A stretch of DNA of 64,000 bases. Origin: Planctomycetota bacterium. GTDB taxonomy: Bacteria > Planctomycetota > UBA1135 > UBA2386. The stretch lies in the NCBI GenBank assembly GCA_965223545.1, contig OZ245006.1, positions 2,208,001-2,272,000 of the forward strand, given 5' to 3'. Shown one piece after another: positions 28,359 to 38,911 of the stretch. The notes under the pieces are model-generated. The model was not told the DNA's origin. It saw only the letters and a program-made list of their open reading frames with translations, and did no database searches. The stretch's first letter is position 1; the number at the start of each line of letters is the position of its first letter. The translations under genes and the position numbers were made by a program.

Positions 28359-29267
28359 TCAAGCGTCGATGCGCCGGTAGGCCGCCAACAGCGCCGCCAG
28401 GCCTTCCTCACCCGCCTTGCTCGCCCCGTGCTCCATGCCGATGATCCCGTCGTAGCCCTGCGCGCGCAGCCACCGCGTCAGCGCGACGTAATCGACCTTG
28501 CCGGTCCCCGGCTCCTTGCGGCCGGGTGACGCCCCGTACTGCACGTAGCTGACTTGGTCCCAGACCTGCTCGGCGTTCTCGATCAGCCGCTCGCGGTGAC
28601 CGATCTGTGCTTCGTGGAAGAAGTCGGCCAGCAGTTTGCACGACGGGCGCTCGACCAGCGAGCACAGCAGGTGGCCATCGGCGAACGACCGCAGCAGTGG
28701 CGGGCCGCCGGCGATGCCGTGTGACAGCGGCTCCAGCGCCAAGATGATGCCGTGCTCCTCGACGACGTCGCAACAGCGGCGCATCAGGTCGACCGCGCCC
28801 TCGATCTGCTTCTCGCGCGGTGCCGACTCGTCGCGCGGCCCGGGGATCATCGTCATGTTGGTCTGCCCAGTGCGCTTGACGAACTCGACCCCCTTGCGCA
28901 TGTCGGCGAGCACCTTGTCGGCGCCCTCCTCACCGGGCTCGTAGAAGCGCACCCCCTGGCCGCCGCTGATCACGGTCACGCCCAGGTGCATCTTCTTGTC
29001 CTTGCAGAACTCGGCGACCTGCTCGTGGACTTCCGGCTCCTGTCGGATCAACCAGTTCTCTTCCCAGGCGCGGAAGCCCAAGTCGTAGGCGAACTGCAGC
29101 TGCGGCACGAAGCCCTCGGGCGCCGTCGGCAGCAGGTTCAAGTGCGGCGCGAACTTGGCTGCGAAGGGTTCCGTCGCCATCGCGGCCGGGCCGGGTCGGC
29201 GATGGAGGTCCGCCGCCACCGCGGCCAACGATCCACCCGCGAACTTGCAGAAAGTGCGTCGGTCCAT
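28359..29267 (-). CDS. Hydroxypyruvate isomerase-like TIM-barrel protein with a Tat-like signal
   Basis: MDRRTFCK, LEPLS, PGRKEPGTGKVDY, GYDGIIGMEH. Confidence 0.85.
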   Translation of the reverse strand: MDRRTFCKFAGGSLAAVAADLHRRPGPAAMATEPFAAKFAPHLNLLPTAPEGFVPQLQFAYDLGFRAWEENWLIRQEPEVHEQVAEFCKDKKMHLGVTVISGGQGVRFYEPGEEGADKVLADMRKGVEFVKRTGQTNMTMIPGPRDESAPREKQIEGAVDLMRRCCDVVEEHGIILALEPLSHGIAGGPPLLRSFADGHLLCSLVERPSCKLLADFFHEAQIGHRERLIENAEQVWDQVSYVQYGASPGRKEPGTGKVDYVALTRWLRAQGYDGIIGMEHGASKAGEEGLAALLAAYRRIDA

Positions 29268-29358
29268 GCTCGCCAGTTGACCACGGCGGCTCCCGATCCC
29301 CGCACGAGATCGAGAAATGGCGGCCGACGCGCTGGTGTAGAGCTGTCCGGCGCCTCGC

Positions 29359-30069
29359 CTACTCGCCGGTGATCCCATACCGAGCGAGAAACCGGGGGAC
29401 CGCCGCCTCGATGATGGCGCGTTTCAGGCGAAGGGCTTGCTCGACGGCAACCCCCCCCGGCTCATCCCGCAGGTCGCGGTCGATCGGCGCGTGGGTCACG
29501 ACGTCTCGCAGTGGCTCGGAGAGGAACTCGCTCCACGCACCGGACGGGACATCGACCAGGACGAACCGCAGCTGGACCTCGGTGGTCAGCTCGGCATCAT
29601 CGAGATTCCAACCGAGCACCGGCACCCAGGACACCCACGTCCCGCGGGTGGCGCGATCCTCCGATCGGAGTCGCCCCCACACGCACAGCACGCGGCCGAT
29701 CCCGGCCTGAGCAGCAGCTTGTCGAATCGGCGTCGTCATCTCGCCGTCCACGGGCGGAAGGCCGGAGAACGTCGTCACCTCGAGTGGCCCGCCGAGCGCG
29801 CCGACCAGCTCCGGGTCGGGCACCCTCGCCCCCGACTGGATCAGCATCACTCGATCGCCGGCGTGCAACGTCGGCGGAGCCAATGGCGCGGTCCCGGCCC
29901 AACCCGGCGCCAGCCGGCCCGGATCGAGGACCTGCGCCTCGGTCAGCTCCCCGCGATACTCCTCGCTCCCCCACAGAATGCTCGGGTCGGAATAGGATGC
30001 CGTCCCACAGGCCGCCGTCACGATCAGCAAGGCGCAAAGAGACACACCACCAATGGGTTGAAGATTCAT
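29359..30069 (-). CDS. Putative lipoprotein
   Basis: Lipobox-like IVTAA-C after a hydrophobic stretch; coding-like 236-aa ORF. Confidence 0.6.
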   Translation of the reverse strand: MNLQPIGGVSLCALLIVTAACGTASYSDPSILWGSEEYRGELTEAQVLDPGRLAPGWAGTAPLAPPTLHAGDRVMLIQSGARVPDPELVGALGGPLEVTTFSGLPPVDGEMTTPIRQAAAQAGIGRVLCVWGRLRSEDRATRGTWVSWVPVLGWNLDDAELTTEVQLRFVLVDVPSGAWSEFLSEPLRDVVTHAPIDRDLRDEPGGVAVEQALRLKRAIIEAAVPRFLARYGITGE

Positions 30070-30194
30070 CGAACTCCTTGTCTTGAACAGTGCTCGAAGC
30101 TAGCTGGCATCGGCACCTCGCTTTGGACGTTTGCGCGAAGCGCATCGCTTCGCCCACCGAATCGATAGCCTCATCGCCGACGCCCCTCCGCGCC

Positions 30195-30971
30195 ATGCAC
30201 GTCACCCCCCTCGCCTCCGGCAGCGCCGGAAACGCCACTCTCGTCGCCAGCGGCCGCACGCGCATCCTCATCGACTGCGGCCTGCCGCGAACCGAGCTCG
30301 AGGCGCGCCTCGAACAACTCGGCGTCAGGCCGCGCGGTATCCACGCAATCTTTCTGAGCCACCGCCACCGCGACCACATCCGCGGCACCACCGAGTTTGC
30401 CGCCAGGCATCGCATCGCGATCCGCGGCAGCCGGCGCACGGTGCGGTCGATCGGCAGCGAGGCGCGCCGTCGCGTGCACCTGCTCGCCGTCGGCGGTGAG
30501 ACCCGCATCGGTGACCTCCGCGTGCGCAGCTTCGCCCTGCCACATGACGCGCCGGAAACCGTCGGCTACCGGGTCTGGGATCGGGACACCGTGCTCGGCC
30601 ACGCCACGGACCTCGGCTCTTGGGACGACGGGGTCCGCGACGGGCTTGTCCGCTGCCACGTCGTGCTGCTCGAGTTCAACCACGACGTAGAGCTGCTGGC
30701 GCGCAGCGCCGACCCGCCGCGGCTCCGCGCGCGGATCGCCTCGCCCCGAGGCCACTTGAGCAACACGGACGCCGGCAGCCTGCTGGACGCCATCAAGTGG
30801 CCGGGGCTCCGGCTGGTGTTCGTCGCCCACATCTCACGGCGCAACAACACACCGGAACGCGCGCTCGCAGCGGCACGGGCGGCCGTCGGCCCCGAACCGC
30901 AGATCGTTGTCGCGAGACAGGATCGACCGACCGCGACCGCGCGCTTCGAGGCGGTGCGCGGACCCGCCTAA
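30195..30971 (+). CDS. MBL-fold metallo-hydrolase (YycJ/WalJ-like)
   Basis: LASGSAGN, LIDCG, SHRHRDH, PHDA, TDLG, LEFNHD, GHLSN, HIS..NN. Confidence 0.92.
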   Translation: MHVTPLASGSAGNATLVASGRTRILIDCGLPRTELEARLEQLGVRPRGIHAIFLSHRHRDHIRGTTEFAARHRIAIRGSRRTVRSIGSEARRRVHLLAVGGETRIGDLRVRSFALPHDAPETVGYRVWDRDTVLGHATDLGSWDDGVRDGLVRCHVVLLEFNHDVELLARSADPPRLRARIASPRGHLSNTDAGSLLDAIKWPGLRLVFVAHISRRNNTPERALAAARAAVGPEPQIVVARQDRPTATARFEAVRGPA

Positions 30972-31468
30972 TCGTCCGGCCGCCAAACGAAGACGCCCCG
31001 CTGGCCGGGGGTCTCCTCTACACCGACGCGCAGCTCCTCCAGCCGAACGCTCGGGAACTGCTCGCCGATGCGGCGCTGGATCTCCCGTCCGATCCAACCC
31101 GCGAGATTCTCGGCGCTGGTGTTGTTGATCGGCAGCACGAGGACGTCCTCGGCCGGGATCGAGTAATGGCGATCCCGATAGCGGATCTCGATCTGCCCGC
31201 TGTCCGTCGCGATGCGGTGCGTCAGCTCGGCGTGCTGGCCGGGGATCAGCAAACGCTCGTCGAGCTCGTCGCACAGGGTCCGCACCAGCGGCTTGATCTG
31301 CTTGAAGTTGAGCACCAGGCCGTGGCCATCGAGGCCCGACTGCACGGCGACGTAGACCTTGTAGTTGTGGCCGTGCAGCCGCTCGGCGGTGCCGTCGGGA
31401 AAAATCAAGAAGTGCGCCGCACTGAACTTGAGGTAGTCCTTGTGAACTTCGATCGACCAGCGTTCCAT
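30968..31468 (-). CDS. 6-pyruvoyl-tetrahydropterin synthase family (COG0720, ExxHGH type)
   Basis: FSAAHF, ERLHGHNY, SAENLA, VEET motifs. Confidence 0.88.
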   Translation of the reverse strand: MERWSIEVHKDYLKFSAAHFLIFPDGTAERLHGHNYKVYVAVQSGLDGHGLVLNFKQIKPLVRTLCDELDERLLIPGQHAELTHRIATDSGQIEIRYRDRHYSIPAEDVLVLPINNTSAENLAGWIGREIQRRIGEQFPSVRLEELRVGVEETPGQRGVFVWRPDD

Positions 31469-31500
31469 GGCATGCGCCCGCGAAGAGAAGGCCGCCCACC

Positions 31501-31836
31501 ATGGACTTGGCGCACGTCCCGTTCAAGTCCACACGATACCCAGGCGTGTGGATTCACTTCTTCCACTCCGACCGCGAGACCGGCAACGCCGCGGTCATGA
31601 TCAAGATGGAGCCGGGCTGCAGCTATCCGCGCCACCGGCACCGCGGCACCGAGGAGCTGCTGATCCTCCAGGGCGGTTATCGCGACGAGCGCGGTGAGTA
31701 CCGGGCCGGCGAGTACGTCCGCTACGAGGACGGCAGCAGTCACCACCCGGTGGCCCTCGCCGGCGAAGACTGTGTGTTCTTCGCGATCTCCGCCGAAGGC
31801 ATCGAGCTCTTCGACGGAGATCCGGCCACCGATTAG
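31501..31836 (+). CDS. ChrR-like cupin protein
   Basis: PGCSYPRHRHRGTEELLILQG...GEY...GSSHHP. Confidence 0.85.
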   Translation: MDLAHVPFKSTRYPGVWIHFFHSDRETGNAAVMIKMEPGCSYPRHRHRGTEELLILQGGYRDERGEYRAGEYVRYEDGSSHHPVALAGEDCVFFAISAEGIELFDGDPATD

Positions 31837-31842
31837 CCCGCG

Positions 31843-34773
31843 CTACTGCACGCGGATCAGCATGTGGTCGATGTACAAGCGGTCCTTGCGCTTGCCGTTT
31901 TCCTGGTTGGTGTCGGTCGCCCGCACCATCACGGTGCCACCCGCGGTACCGATCGGCTCCGTCTCGTAGGTCCCGTCATCGCTGGTCCGCGACACGGTGA
32001 GCAAGTAGTTCCAGCTGACACCGTCCGCCGACCACTCGAAGTCGAAGTTGTCGTTGTCGCGGGTCCTACCCTGGTAGGCCTTGATCATGAACGTCGCCGC
32101 CCCGGTGCTCGGTACCCCGGTGAAGGTCCACTCGTGCTCGAGCCGCGACACACCATTGCGGCCGCCACCGACCGTCACTTCCTGGATCGACTCGTAGACG
32201 CCGTCGTTGGCGGTCGTGTCGACGTAGCTGCCCGACACCGAGCCGAACGTCGAACTTTCGCCACTGGCGACCACGTCCACCGGCCCGGGCAATACCGTCG
32301 CCGAGGCCGTGTTGGTATAGCCGGAGACACCGGCGGTGTTGCCCGCACGCACACGGTAGAAGTATGTATTGGCGGCGAGGCCGCTATCGACGAACGACGT
32401 CACGTTGGCAGCGACGTTGGCGATGTTGGCGAAGCTGACGCCATCGGTGGAACGCTCGATCTCGAAGCGGTCCTCGTTGCCGGAGTTGTCGGCCCACGCC
32501 AGGTCGATCGCCTGGCCGTTCGCGCCGGCCGTCAGCCCGGTCGGCGCCGCAGGCGGCGTCGGCGGCGGCGCTGTGCCGACGCCGGCCACGACGAGCGCGT
32601 AGTCGGCATCGACCGCGCCGGTCTCGAGGTGGCTGTCGGCGACGATCGCGTCACCGATCACATCGACGGTCCAGGTGCCGACCTCGGGGTTGACGAGCAA
32701 CACGTTCTCCACCGTGTCGACGGTGTTGGAGCTACCGCCGGCAGACGACGTGTTGTCGGCGGTCAAGCCGTTGTTGCCCCAATAGGTCGTGCCCGACGGC
32801 GACGTGAGTCGCAGCGAAAGGTCGTTGACGCGCGCCTGCGAGGCACCCACCAGGCCCATGGGATCGACGTAGACCAGAGTCGCGCGCAGCTCGGGCGTCC
32901 CGGCGGCCACTGCGACCGAGTAGGTGTTGGTGCCGAACGGCGCCAGCAGATCGGTCTCATCGACGATCAACACGGTGTCGCGCCCGTCGTACAACCGCTG
33001 CAGATTGGGCAGACCCCAGCCCTGCTTGTTGCGGTCGATGTCGGAGTTGGCACCGCCTTGGTTCCAGTCGTAGCGCTGGGCGAAGTTGATCATCATCGCC
33101 TTGGCGGTGGCCATCTTCGGCCTGCTGGCAAACACCGACGCTGCCCCGCCGAAGCCACTCCACACCCCCTGATGCCACATCTGGTAGAAGATGCCGAAGT
33201 GGCCAGCAGTCTCGGGCGTCGCGGCACTGGTACCGCCGAAGTTGGTGTAGCTGGTGTTGCCCGAACCCGACGCCGAGAAGATCCCGTCGTAGAAGTAGGC
33301 CAGGTCCGGCTTGATGCGGCCGTCGGCGGCCGGGCCGATGCTGGCACCACCGTTCCAGCTGTCGTCGCTCAAGGACACCGTGCCGAAGTGGTAGATGCCG
33401 CCACAGGCCACGATGTTCTTGGCCCAGGCCTGGGGCCTGGAGTTGCGGTTGCCGGCGTTGCTCTGTGACTGCGTGCTCAGCACTTGGTGCAAGAACAGGT
33501 AGTCGTCGGTCTCGGCCGAGATCGACGTATAGCTGGTCGTGCGTGCGCTGCCGACGCTCGAGGTCTGGAACACCGCGCGGTACGGACCGGCCGGATCGAG
33601 CAGCTGCTGGTTGATCACGTAGCGGCTGGTCCCGCCGCCGAACTGCGTCGACTCCGAATAGCGGAAGAAGATGCCTTGGCCGTCGGGGCACATGCCGCGC
33701 GCGTTGGACGACGCGCCGGTGGCGAAGTTGATGCTGTAGCACGAGGTGCCGTGCAGGCTCCCCGACGTGCCACTGCTGTGGATGATCGGCGCCGGCCCCC
33801 ACTCTTGATGGGAAGTCAGCAGCTCGGTGTCGAAGATCTCGCCGCGCACGCCCTGCCCGGTGTAGCCCAGCGTCGACTCGATGAAGTTGGCACCACCGAC
33901 CTGACGCACGATGTTCATGTCGGTCTCACCCGGACCGCCCCACGGATCCACGTACTGGACGTCGTTGCGCCGGACCAACGCCGACAGCTGATCGCCCGTC
34001 AACGTCGCCTCCATGCGGAAGCCCTCCGGCGTCACCACGTGGACTTCGCCGCCGATCCGCCGGATGAAGTCACCCACCGCGTCCTGCGCCGCGCGCCCGC
34101 GCTCGATCAGCATGATCGAATAGCGGGCCGCCGGCACCATGCCGGCATCGACCAAACCCAGCAGCTCCGGAGCCACCCGGTACTGCACGTGGTACGGTCC
34201 GATCCAACGGACCACATCGAGGCTGGAGAGCGCCGCGACTCGACCGGCGTCACCCGCCACCAAGAAGGTGTGTTCGGGCAGCGCCCGGTGCACGCGTACG
34301 CCCTGCGCCTCGACGGCCGCGCGGAACTCCGGCAGCGGCGGCACGTGGAACTGCACGAGGAACAGACGGTTGTCGGCGGGTGCGCGGAGGCTCGGCGCGA
34401 CCAGCGGCACCGAGCGCAGAGGATCGACGTCGAGACCCAGCAGCCGCACGCGGTAGTCGCTGCTCCGCGCGCGTCCCGTCACGGACTCGCCGTCGGTGCT
34501 CACCGCGTAGAAGCTGCTGGTGCCCCCGGCGTCCTGCTCATCCCAGAGGAAGAGCAGCGTGTCGCGCCGCGGACCGCGAATGGTGCGCAGGTTGCGCACC
34601 GCGGCTGGAGTCGTGTGGAACACGACCCCATCCGAAGTGCGGAGCTGCTGCTGCGCAGCTCCGACATCCAGCACAGCCCGGCGCGCATCCTGTGCATTCT
34701 GGGCCGCTGTGGACAGGGACAGCACACCGGCCAACATTGCCGGCGCACAACGCACGAGAGACGAGGTGTTCAA
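31843..34773 (-). CDS. Secreted S8 subtilisin-like serine protease with FN3 domain
   Basis: Catalytic FDT, HGT, GGTSAAT; GRIKPD; FN3 PAAPTGL...WADNSGNE..FEIERS...YRVRA. Confidence 0.9.
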   Translation of the reverse strand: MNTSSLVRCAPAMLAGVLSLSTAAQNAQDARRAVLDVGAAQQQLRTSDGVVFHTTPAAVRNLRTIRGPRRDTLLFLWDEQDAGGTSSFYAVSTDGESVTGRARSSDYRVRLLGLDVDPLRSVPLVAPSLRAPADNRLFLVQFHVPPLPEFRAAVEAQGVRVHRALPEHTFLVAGDAGRVAALSSLDVVRWIGPYHVQYRVAPELLGLVDAGMVPAARYSIMLIERGRAAQDAVGDFIRRIGGEVHVVTPEGFRMEATLTGDQLSALVRRNDVQYVDPWGGPGETDMNIVRQVGGANFIESTLGYTGQGVRGEIFDTELLTSHQEWGPAPIIHSSGTSGSLHGTSCYSINFATGASSNARGMCPDGQGIFFRYSESTQFGGGTSRYVINQQLLDPAGPYRAVFQTSSVGSARTTSYTSISAETDDYLFLHQVLSTQSQSNAGNRNSRPQAWAKNIVACGGIYHFGTVSLSDDSWNGGASIGPAADGRIKPDLAYFYDGIFSASGSGNTSYTNFGGTSAATPETAGHFGIFYQMWHQGVWSGFGGAASVFASRPKMATAKAMMINFAQRYDWNQGGANSDIDRNKQGWGLPNLQRLYDGRDTVLIVDETDLLAPFGTNTYSVAVAAGTPELRATLVYVDPMGLVGASQARVNDLSLRLTSPSGTTYWGNNGLTADNTSSAGGSSNTVDTVENVLLVNPEVGTWTVDVIGDAIVADSHLETGAVDADYALVVAGVGTAPPPTPPAAPTGLTAGANGQAIDLAWADNSGNEDRFEIERSTDGVSFANIANVAANVTSFVDSGLAANTYFYRVRAGNTAGVSGYTNTASATVLPGPVDVVASGESSTFGSVSGSYVDTTANDGVYESIQEVTVGGGRNGVSRLEHEWTFTGVPSTGAATFMIKAYQGRTRDNDNFDFEWSADGVSWNYLLTVSRTSDDGTYETEPIGTAGGTVMVRATDTNQENGKRKDRLYIDHMLIRVQ

Positions 34774-34954
34774 GATCGGTCCTCCGGGTTGCAGGGAAGG
34801 CGGCCCGTGCGCACGAACACCGCACGACGGACCGTGATCTCACCGGCCGACGCTAGGCAGCAGCGGGATCGCCGACAACCGGAACAACCCGCAATCGCGC
34901 GCCGTTTCTCGACATCGCGGCGCGACAAAACCTCGCGCTAACGAAACCTACCGC

Positions 34955-37015
34955 TCAATAGTCGGGCAGCAGGCGCTGCCGCACTTCCGGCGGCACGACT
35001 TCGTAGCCGCACGGCTCCAAGGCAGCGTGGCCGCGCCCCTGCGTCATCGAGCGCAGGTCGGTGCTGTACTTGAACATCTCGGCGACGGGCACGCGGCCCT
35101 GGACGCGCACGGTCTCTCCCTGCGGCTCGACGTCGTCGACGATGCCACGCCGCGCGCTGAGGTCACCGATGACATCGCCCGCACAGGGTTCGGGACATTC
35201 GATGTCGACGCGGGCGATCGGCTCCAACAGCGCGGCGTGCGCCTCCGCCGCCTCGCGCAGCGCCGACGCCGCGGCGGCCTCGAAGGCGGTCTCCGGCAGC
35301 TCGCCGTCGACACCTTGGAACGAGAGCAGACGCACCGAGAGCTGCACGAACGGGTAGCCCCACGCGCCACCGGCGGCAGCGGCTTGGATCACGCCGGCGC
35401 GGATCGCGGCGCCGACCGCGGGCGGCGGCGGCTCCCCCACAATCTCGAACGCGCACTCGTCCTCTTCCGGCGCCGGCGTGACCGACAACCGCACCGCCAC
35501 GGTGTGCTCGACCCCGGCCACCGGCTGCGTGTGGCGTCCCTCTGCCTCGCCGGCGGCATCGACGGTCTGCCGGAACGCGACGCGCGGCTTGCCCGTCCGG
35601 ATCTTCAGCTTGTGCTCGCGCAGCAATCGTTGGCACACGACCTCGAGATGCAGCTCTCCCATCCCACTGATCAGCAGCTGCCCCGTCTGCTCGTCAATCG
35701 TGACGCGCAGGCTCGGGTCATCGCGGCGCATCTGCTGCAGGGTCGCGGTGAGCCGGTCCCGGTCTCCCTGCGCCACCGGTTCGACCGCCATCGAGATCAC
35801 CGCGTCCGGAACCCGCATCGACTCGTAGACGACGCGCGCTTCGGGATCGCAAAGAGTGTCGCCGGTGACCGCGAACTTGAGGCCGATCACGGCGACGATG
35901 TCGCCCGCCGCGGCACTATCGAGCATCTCCCGCGCGTCCGCGTGCATCCGCAGCAGCCGGCCGATGCGCTCGACCCGCCCCGTGCAGCCGACCACCAGCC
36001 GCCGCCCGGCCGCCAACACGCCGGTGTAGATGCGCAGAAAGCTGAGGTCGCCCGTCGCGTCGGCGACTGTCTTGAAGCAAAGCGCCGCGAGCGGCTGCTC
36101 GGCGTCGAGCGGCCGCCGCACTTCGTCACCGGTCTCCGGATCCTGCCCCACGATGGCCGGCACTTCGGCCGGTGCGGGGAGATACGACACCACCGCGTCG
36201 AGCAGGTTCTGGATGCCCTTGTCGCGAAAGGCAGCGCCGGCCAACACCGGCAATACGCGCCGCGCAATCGTCGCCTCGCGCAGCGCGGCGACGAGTTCGG
36301 CGGGCTCCGGCGTCACGCCTTCGACGAACTTCGCCAGCAAACCCTCGTGGTGCTCGGCGAGCGCCTCGATCATCGCCGCCCGACGTCGCTCGGCCTCGGC
36401 GCGCAGCGCGCCCTCGATGTCCGACTCGACGCGCTCGCGCGCATCGGCGGGCCACGCATACGCGCGCATCGAGATCAGGTCGATCACCCCGCTGAAGTCG
36501 GCGCCGGCGCCGATCGGCAGCTGCACCGGCACGGGGTTGGCATTCAGTCTGCGGCGCATCGACTCCACGGCCGCATCGAAGTCGGCACCGACGCGGTCCA
36601 TCTTGTTGATGAACGCGATCCGGGGCACTGCGTAGCGGTCGGCCTGACGCCACACGGTCTCCGACTGCGGCTGGGTGCCGGCAACCGCGCAGAACACACC
36701 CACCGCGCCGTCGAGCACGCGCAGCGATCGCTCGACCTCGACGGTGAAATCGACGTGCCCGGGCGTGTCGATCAGGTTGATCTGATGCCCTTGCCACTCG
36801 CAGGTGGTCGCCGCCGAAGTGATCGTGATGCCCCGCTCACGCTCCTCGGCCAGAAAGTCCATCGTGGCGGCGCCATCGTGCACTTCGCCGACCTTGTGGC
36901 TGCGGCCGGTGACGAACAGGACCCGCTCCGACACCGTCGTCTTGCCGGCGTCGATGTGGGCGATGATGCCGATGTTGCGGATCGAGTCCGCCGCTGTCTT
37001 CAGGGGCTTTGCCAC
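34955..37015 (-). CDS. fusA: Elongation factor G paralogue
   Basis: [44 protein letters not shown]; outside the str operon. Confidence 0.92.
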   Translation of the reverse strand: MAKPLKTAADSIRNIGIIAHIDAGKTTVSERVLFVTGRSHKVGEVHDGAATMDFLAEERERGITITSAATTCEWQGHQINLIDTPGHVDFTVEVERSLRVLDGAVGVFCAVAGTQPQSETVWRQADRYAVPRIAFINKMDRVGADFDAAVESMRRRLNANPVPVQLPIGAGADFSGVIDLISMRAYAWPADARERVESDIEGALRAEAERRRAAMIEALAEHHEGLLAKFVEGVTPEPAELVAALREATIARRVLPVLAGAAFRDKGIQNLLDAVVSYLPAPAEVPAIVGQDPETGDEVRRPLDAEQPLAALCFKTVADATGDLSFLRIYTGVLAAGRRLVVGCTGRVERIGRLLRMHADAREMLDSAAAGDIVAVIGLKFAVTGDTLCDPEARVVYESMRVPDAVISMAVEPVAQGDRDRLTATLQQMRRDDPSLRVTIDEQTGQLLISGMGELHLEVVCQRLLREHKLKIRTGKPRVAFRQTVDAAGEAEGRHTQPVAGVEHTVAVRLSVTPAPEEDECAFEIVGEPPPPAVGAAIRAGVIQAAAAGGAWGYPFVQLSVRLLSFQGVDGELPETAFEAAAASALREAAEAHAALLEPIARVDIECPEPCAGDVIGDLSARRGIVDDVEPQGETVRVQGRVPVAEMFKYSTDLRSMTQGRGHAALEPCGYEVVPPEVRQRLLPDY

Positions 37016-37172
37016 CAGGGGGATTGCGTCGAGAGCAGGTCAGTGAAAGCGCCCGTGAGTGTGGGGCGCCGAGACCTTATCCGAGCCGGTGCCAGCGCGC
37101 TCCCCCGGAGGGTCCTATCGCCGGCCGTGGCAGTCCCCGATAATCAGCGGGTCCGGTTCCCGCCCACCCACC

Positions 37173-38903
37173 ATGCACCGATCCCCGATTCGCCCTGTAC
37201 CGGTCGCCGTCGTCGCGTTGCTCGCCACCTGCGCCGGTGCGCAGACCCCGGCGCCGATGGCCGCACCCGCATTCCTTCTCGACCGCCTGCAGCTGAGCAG
37301 CGCGGAGATCGTGGATGTGGCCGCGTCGCCAAACGACACCCGGCAGCGCACCGTTCGCCTCCTGCTCGGCGGTCGTCTGCGCACGCTCGATCTGCACGCG
37401 CACGACCTGCTCGCACCGGACTTCCAGCTCCTCGTCGACGACGGCGCGACGCTGACGCGGATTCCGACCCCGCGGGCGCACACCTATCGCGGCACGGTCC
37501 GCGATGAGCTCGGCTCCGCCGTCGCCGTCAGTCTCGCCGGCGGCCAGATCGAGGGCATGGTCAGCACCGCGACCGACACGTGGTGGGTCGAGCCGCTGAG
37601 CCAGCACGTGCCCGGTGCGCCGCCGGTTGCGCACCTCGTCTACCGGGGTGATGCCGTGACCGCGACGCCGACCTGCGGCCTGGCGGAGGGCGGAGTGCCG
37701 GCTCCGACGGACACCGTCCCGCCGGCGCCGAACGGGGCCACGCTGCTCACCGAAATCGCGTTCGATGCGACGTTCGATTTCTACCAGCTGCGGGGCAGCA
37801 GCACGACGAACGTGCAGAGCACGATCACCCGCACACTCAATGCCGTCGACGTGATCTACCAGCGCGACGTCAACATCACGTTCCTGCTCACGACCACGAT
37901 CATCCGCACGACGAGGGTCTACAACGCGACCCAGGGAGGCTCCCTCCTCACCGAGTTCGCCAACCGCTGGACCGCACTGCACTCGGGCGTCCGGCGCGAC
38001 GTCGCGCACATGCTGGCGGGGATATCGACGACGACGGTCGGCGGCGTCGCCTTTCGCGGATCCGTTTGTCAGAGCAGTGGCTATGCGGTCACGTGGCACC
38101 AGAGCAGTGTGTTCGTCCGCACTGGTGTGATGGCGCACGAGATCGGCCATTGCTTCAACGCACGGCACTGCAACTCGGTTTCGCCTTGTCACCTGATGTG
38201 CGCTCAGCTGTACGGTTGTGGCACGACGGTCAACGCCTTCGGACCCTCCACGATCAGCACGATCACCGCGTTCTCCAGCCGCGCCGGCTGCCTGTCCCCC
38301 GCGGGGCCACCACCCTCGATCAACAGTGTCTCTCCCTCGGCGACGACCTCGTGGCAACCCGGCACGATCACCGTGACCGGTGCCGGCCTGGACCTCGTCA
38401 ACAGCGTCACCCTCAACAACGTGCCGGTGGCGTCGTTCTCCGCGCCCACCGCCGGCTCGCTCACCTTCACGCCGCCGAGCCCGTTCGACATCGGTACGCA
38501 CACCCTCGCGGTCAGCAGCCCGCTCGGCAGCGCGAGCACGACCCTCACCATCACCGGCAACCACCCGGGCGTCTTCGTCGCGCCGATCCTGGTCCTGCGA
38601 CAGCTCGCGTTCGACTACGACGTGCACACCGACCGCAACTGGGTCGCGGCCCTGTTCGTCTCGCCGAGCAACACGCCGAGCGCGCTCCCCGGCGTCGTCT
38701 CGCTCGGCATCGGCGCCGGCTTCACCAGCCTCACGCCGCTGATGAACGTGGCCGCCGACAACACCGGCCGGGCGCGCGTCTCGCTCACGCTACCACTGAC
38801 GGTGCCATCGTCGACGCCGCTGTACTGGCAGGCGATCACCTTCGGCCAGTCGATCACACTGCCGCTCGAGGTCACCAACGTCGCGCTCAGCACGGTGTTC
38901 TGA
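37173..38903 (+). CDS. Secreted M12 (reprolysin-like) zinc metalloprotease with IPT/TIG and C-terminal beta domain
   Basis: Prodomain, HEIGHCFNARH zinc motif, Met-turn CHLM, PSINSVSP IPT start. Confidence 0.85.
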   Translation: MHRSPIRPVPVAVVALLATCAGAQTPAPMAAPAFLLDRLQLSSAEIVDVAASPNDTRQRTVRLLLGGRLRTLDLHAHDLLAPDFQLLVDDGATLTRIPTPRAHTYRGTVRDELGSAVAVSLAGGQIEGMVSTATDTWWVEPLSQHVPGAPPVAHLVYRGDAVTATPTCGLAEGGVPAPTDTVPPAPNGATLLTEIAFDATFDFYQLRGSSTTNVQSTITRTLNAVDVIYQRDVNITFLLTTTIIRTTRVYNATQGGSLLTEFANRWTALHSGVRRDVAHMLAGISTTTVGGVAFRGSVCQSSGYAVTWHQSSVFVRTGVMAHEIGHCFNARHCNSVSPCHLMCAQLYGCGTTVNAFGPSTISTITAFSSRAGCLSPAGPPPSINSVSPSATTSWQPGTITVTGAGLDLVNSVTLNNVPVASFSAPTAGSLTFTPPSPFDIGTHTLAVSSPLGSASTTLTITGNHPGVFVAPILVLRQLAFDYDVHTDRNWVAALFVSPSNTPSALPGVVSLGIGAGFTSLTPLMNVAADNTGRARVSLTLPLTVPSSTPLYWQAITFGQSITLPLEVTNVALSTVF

Positions 38904-38911
38904 GAGCGGAC

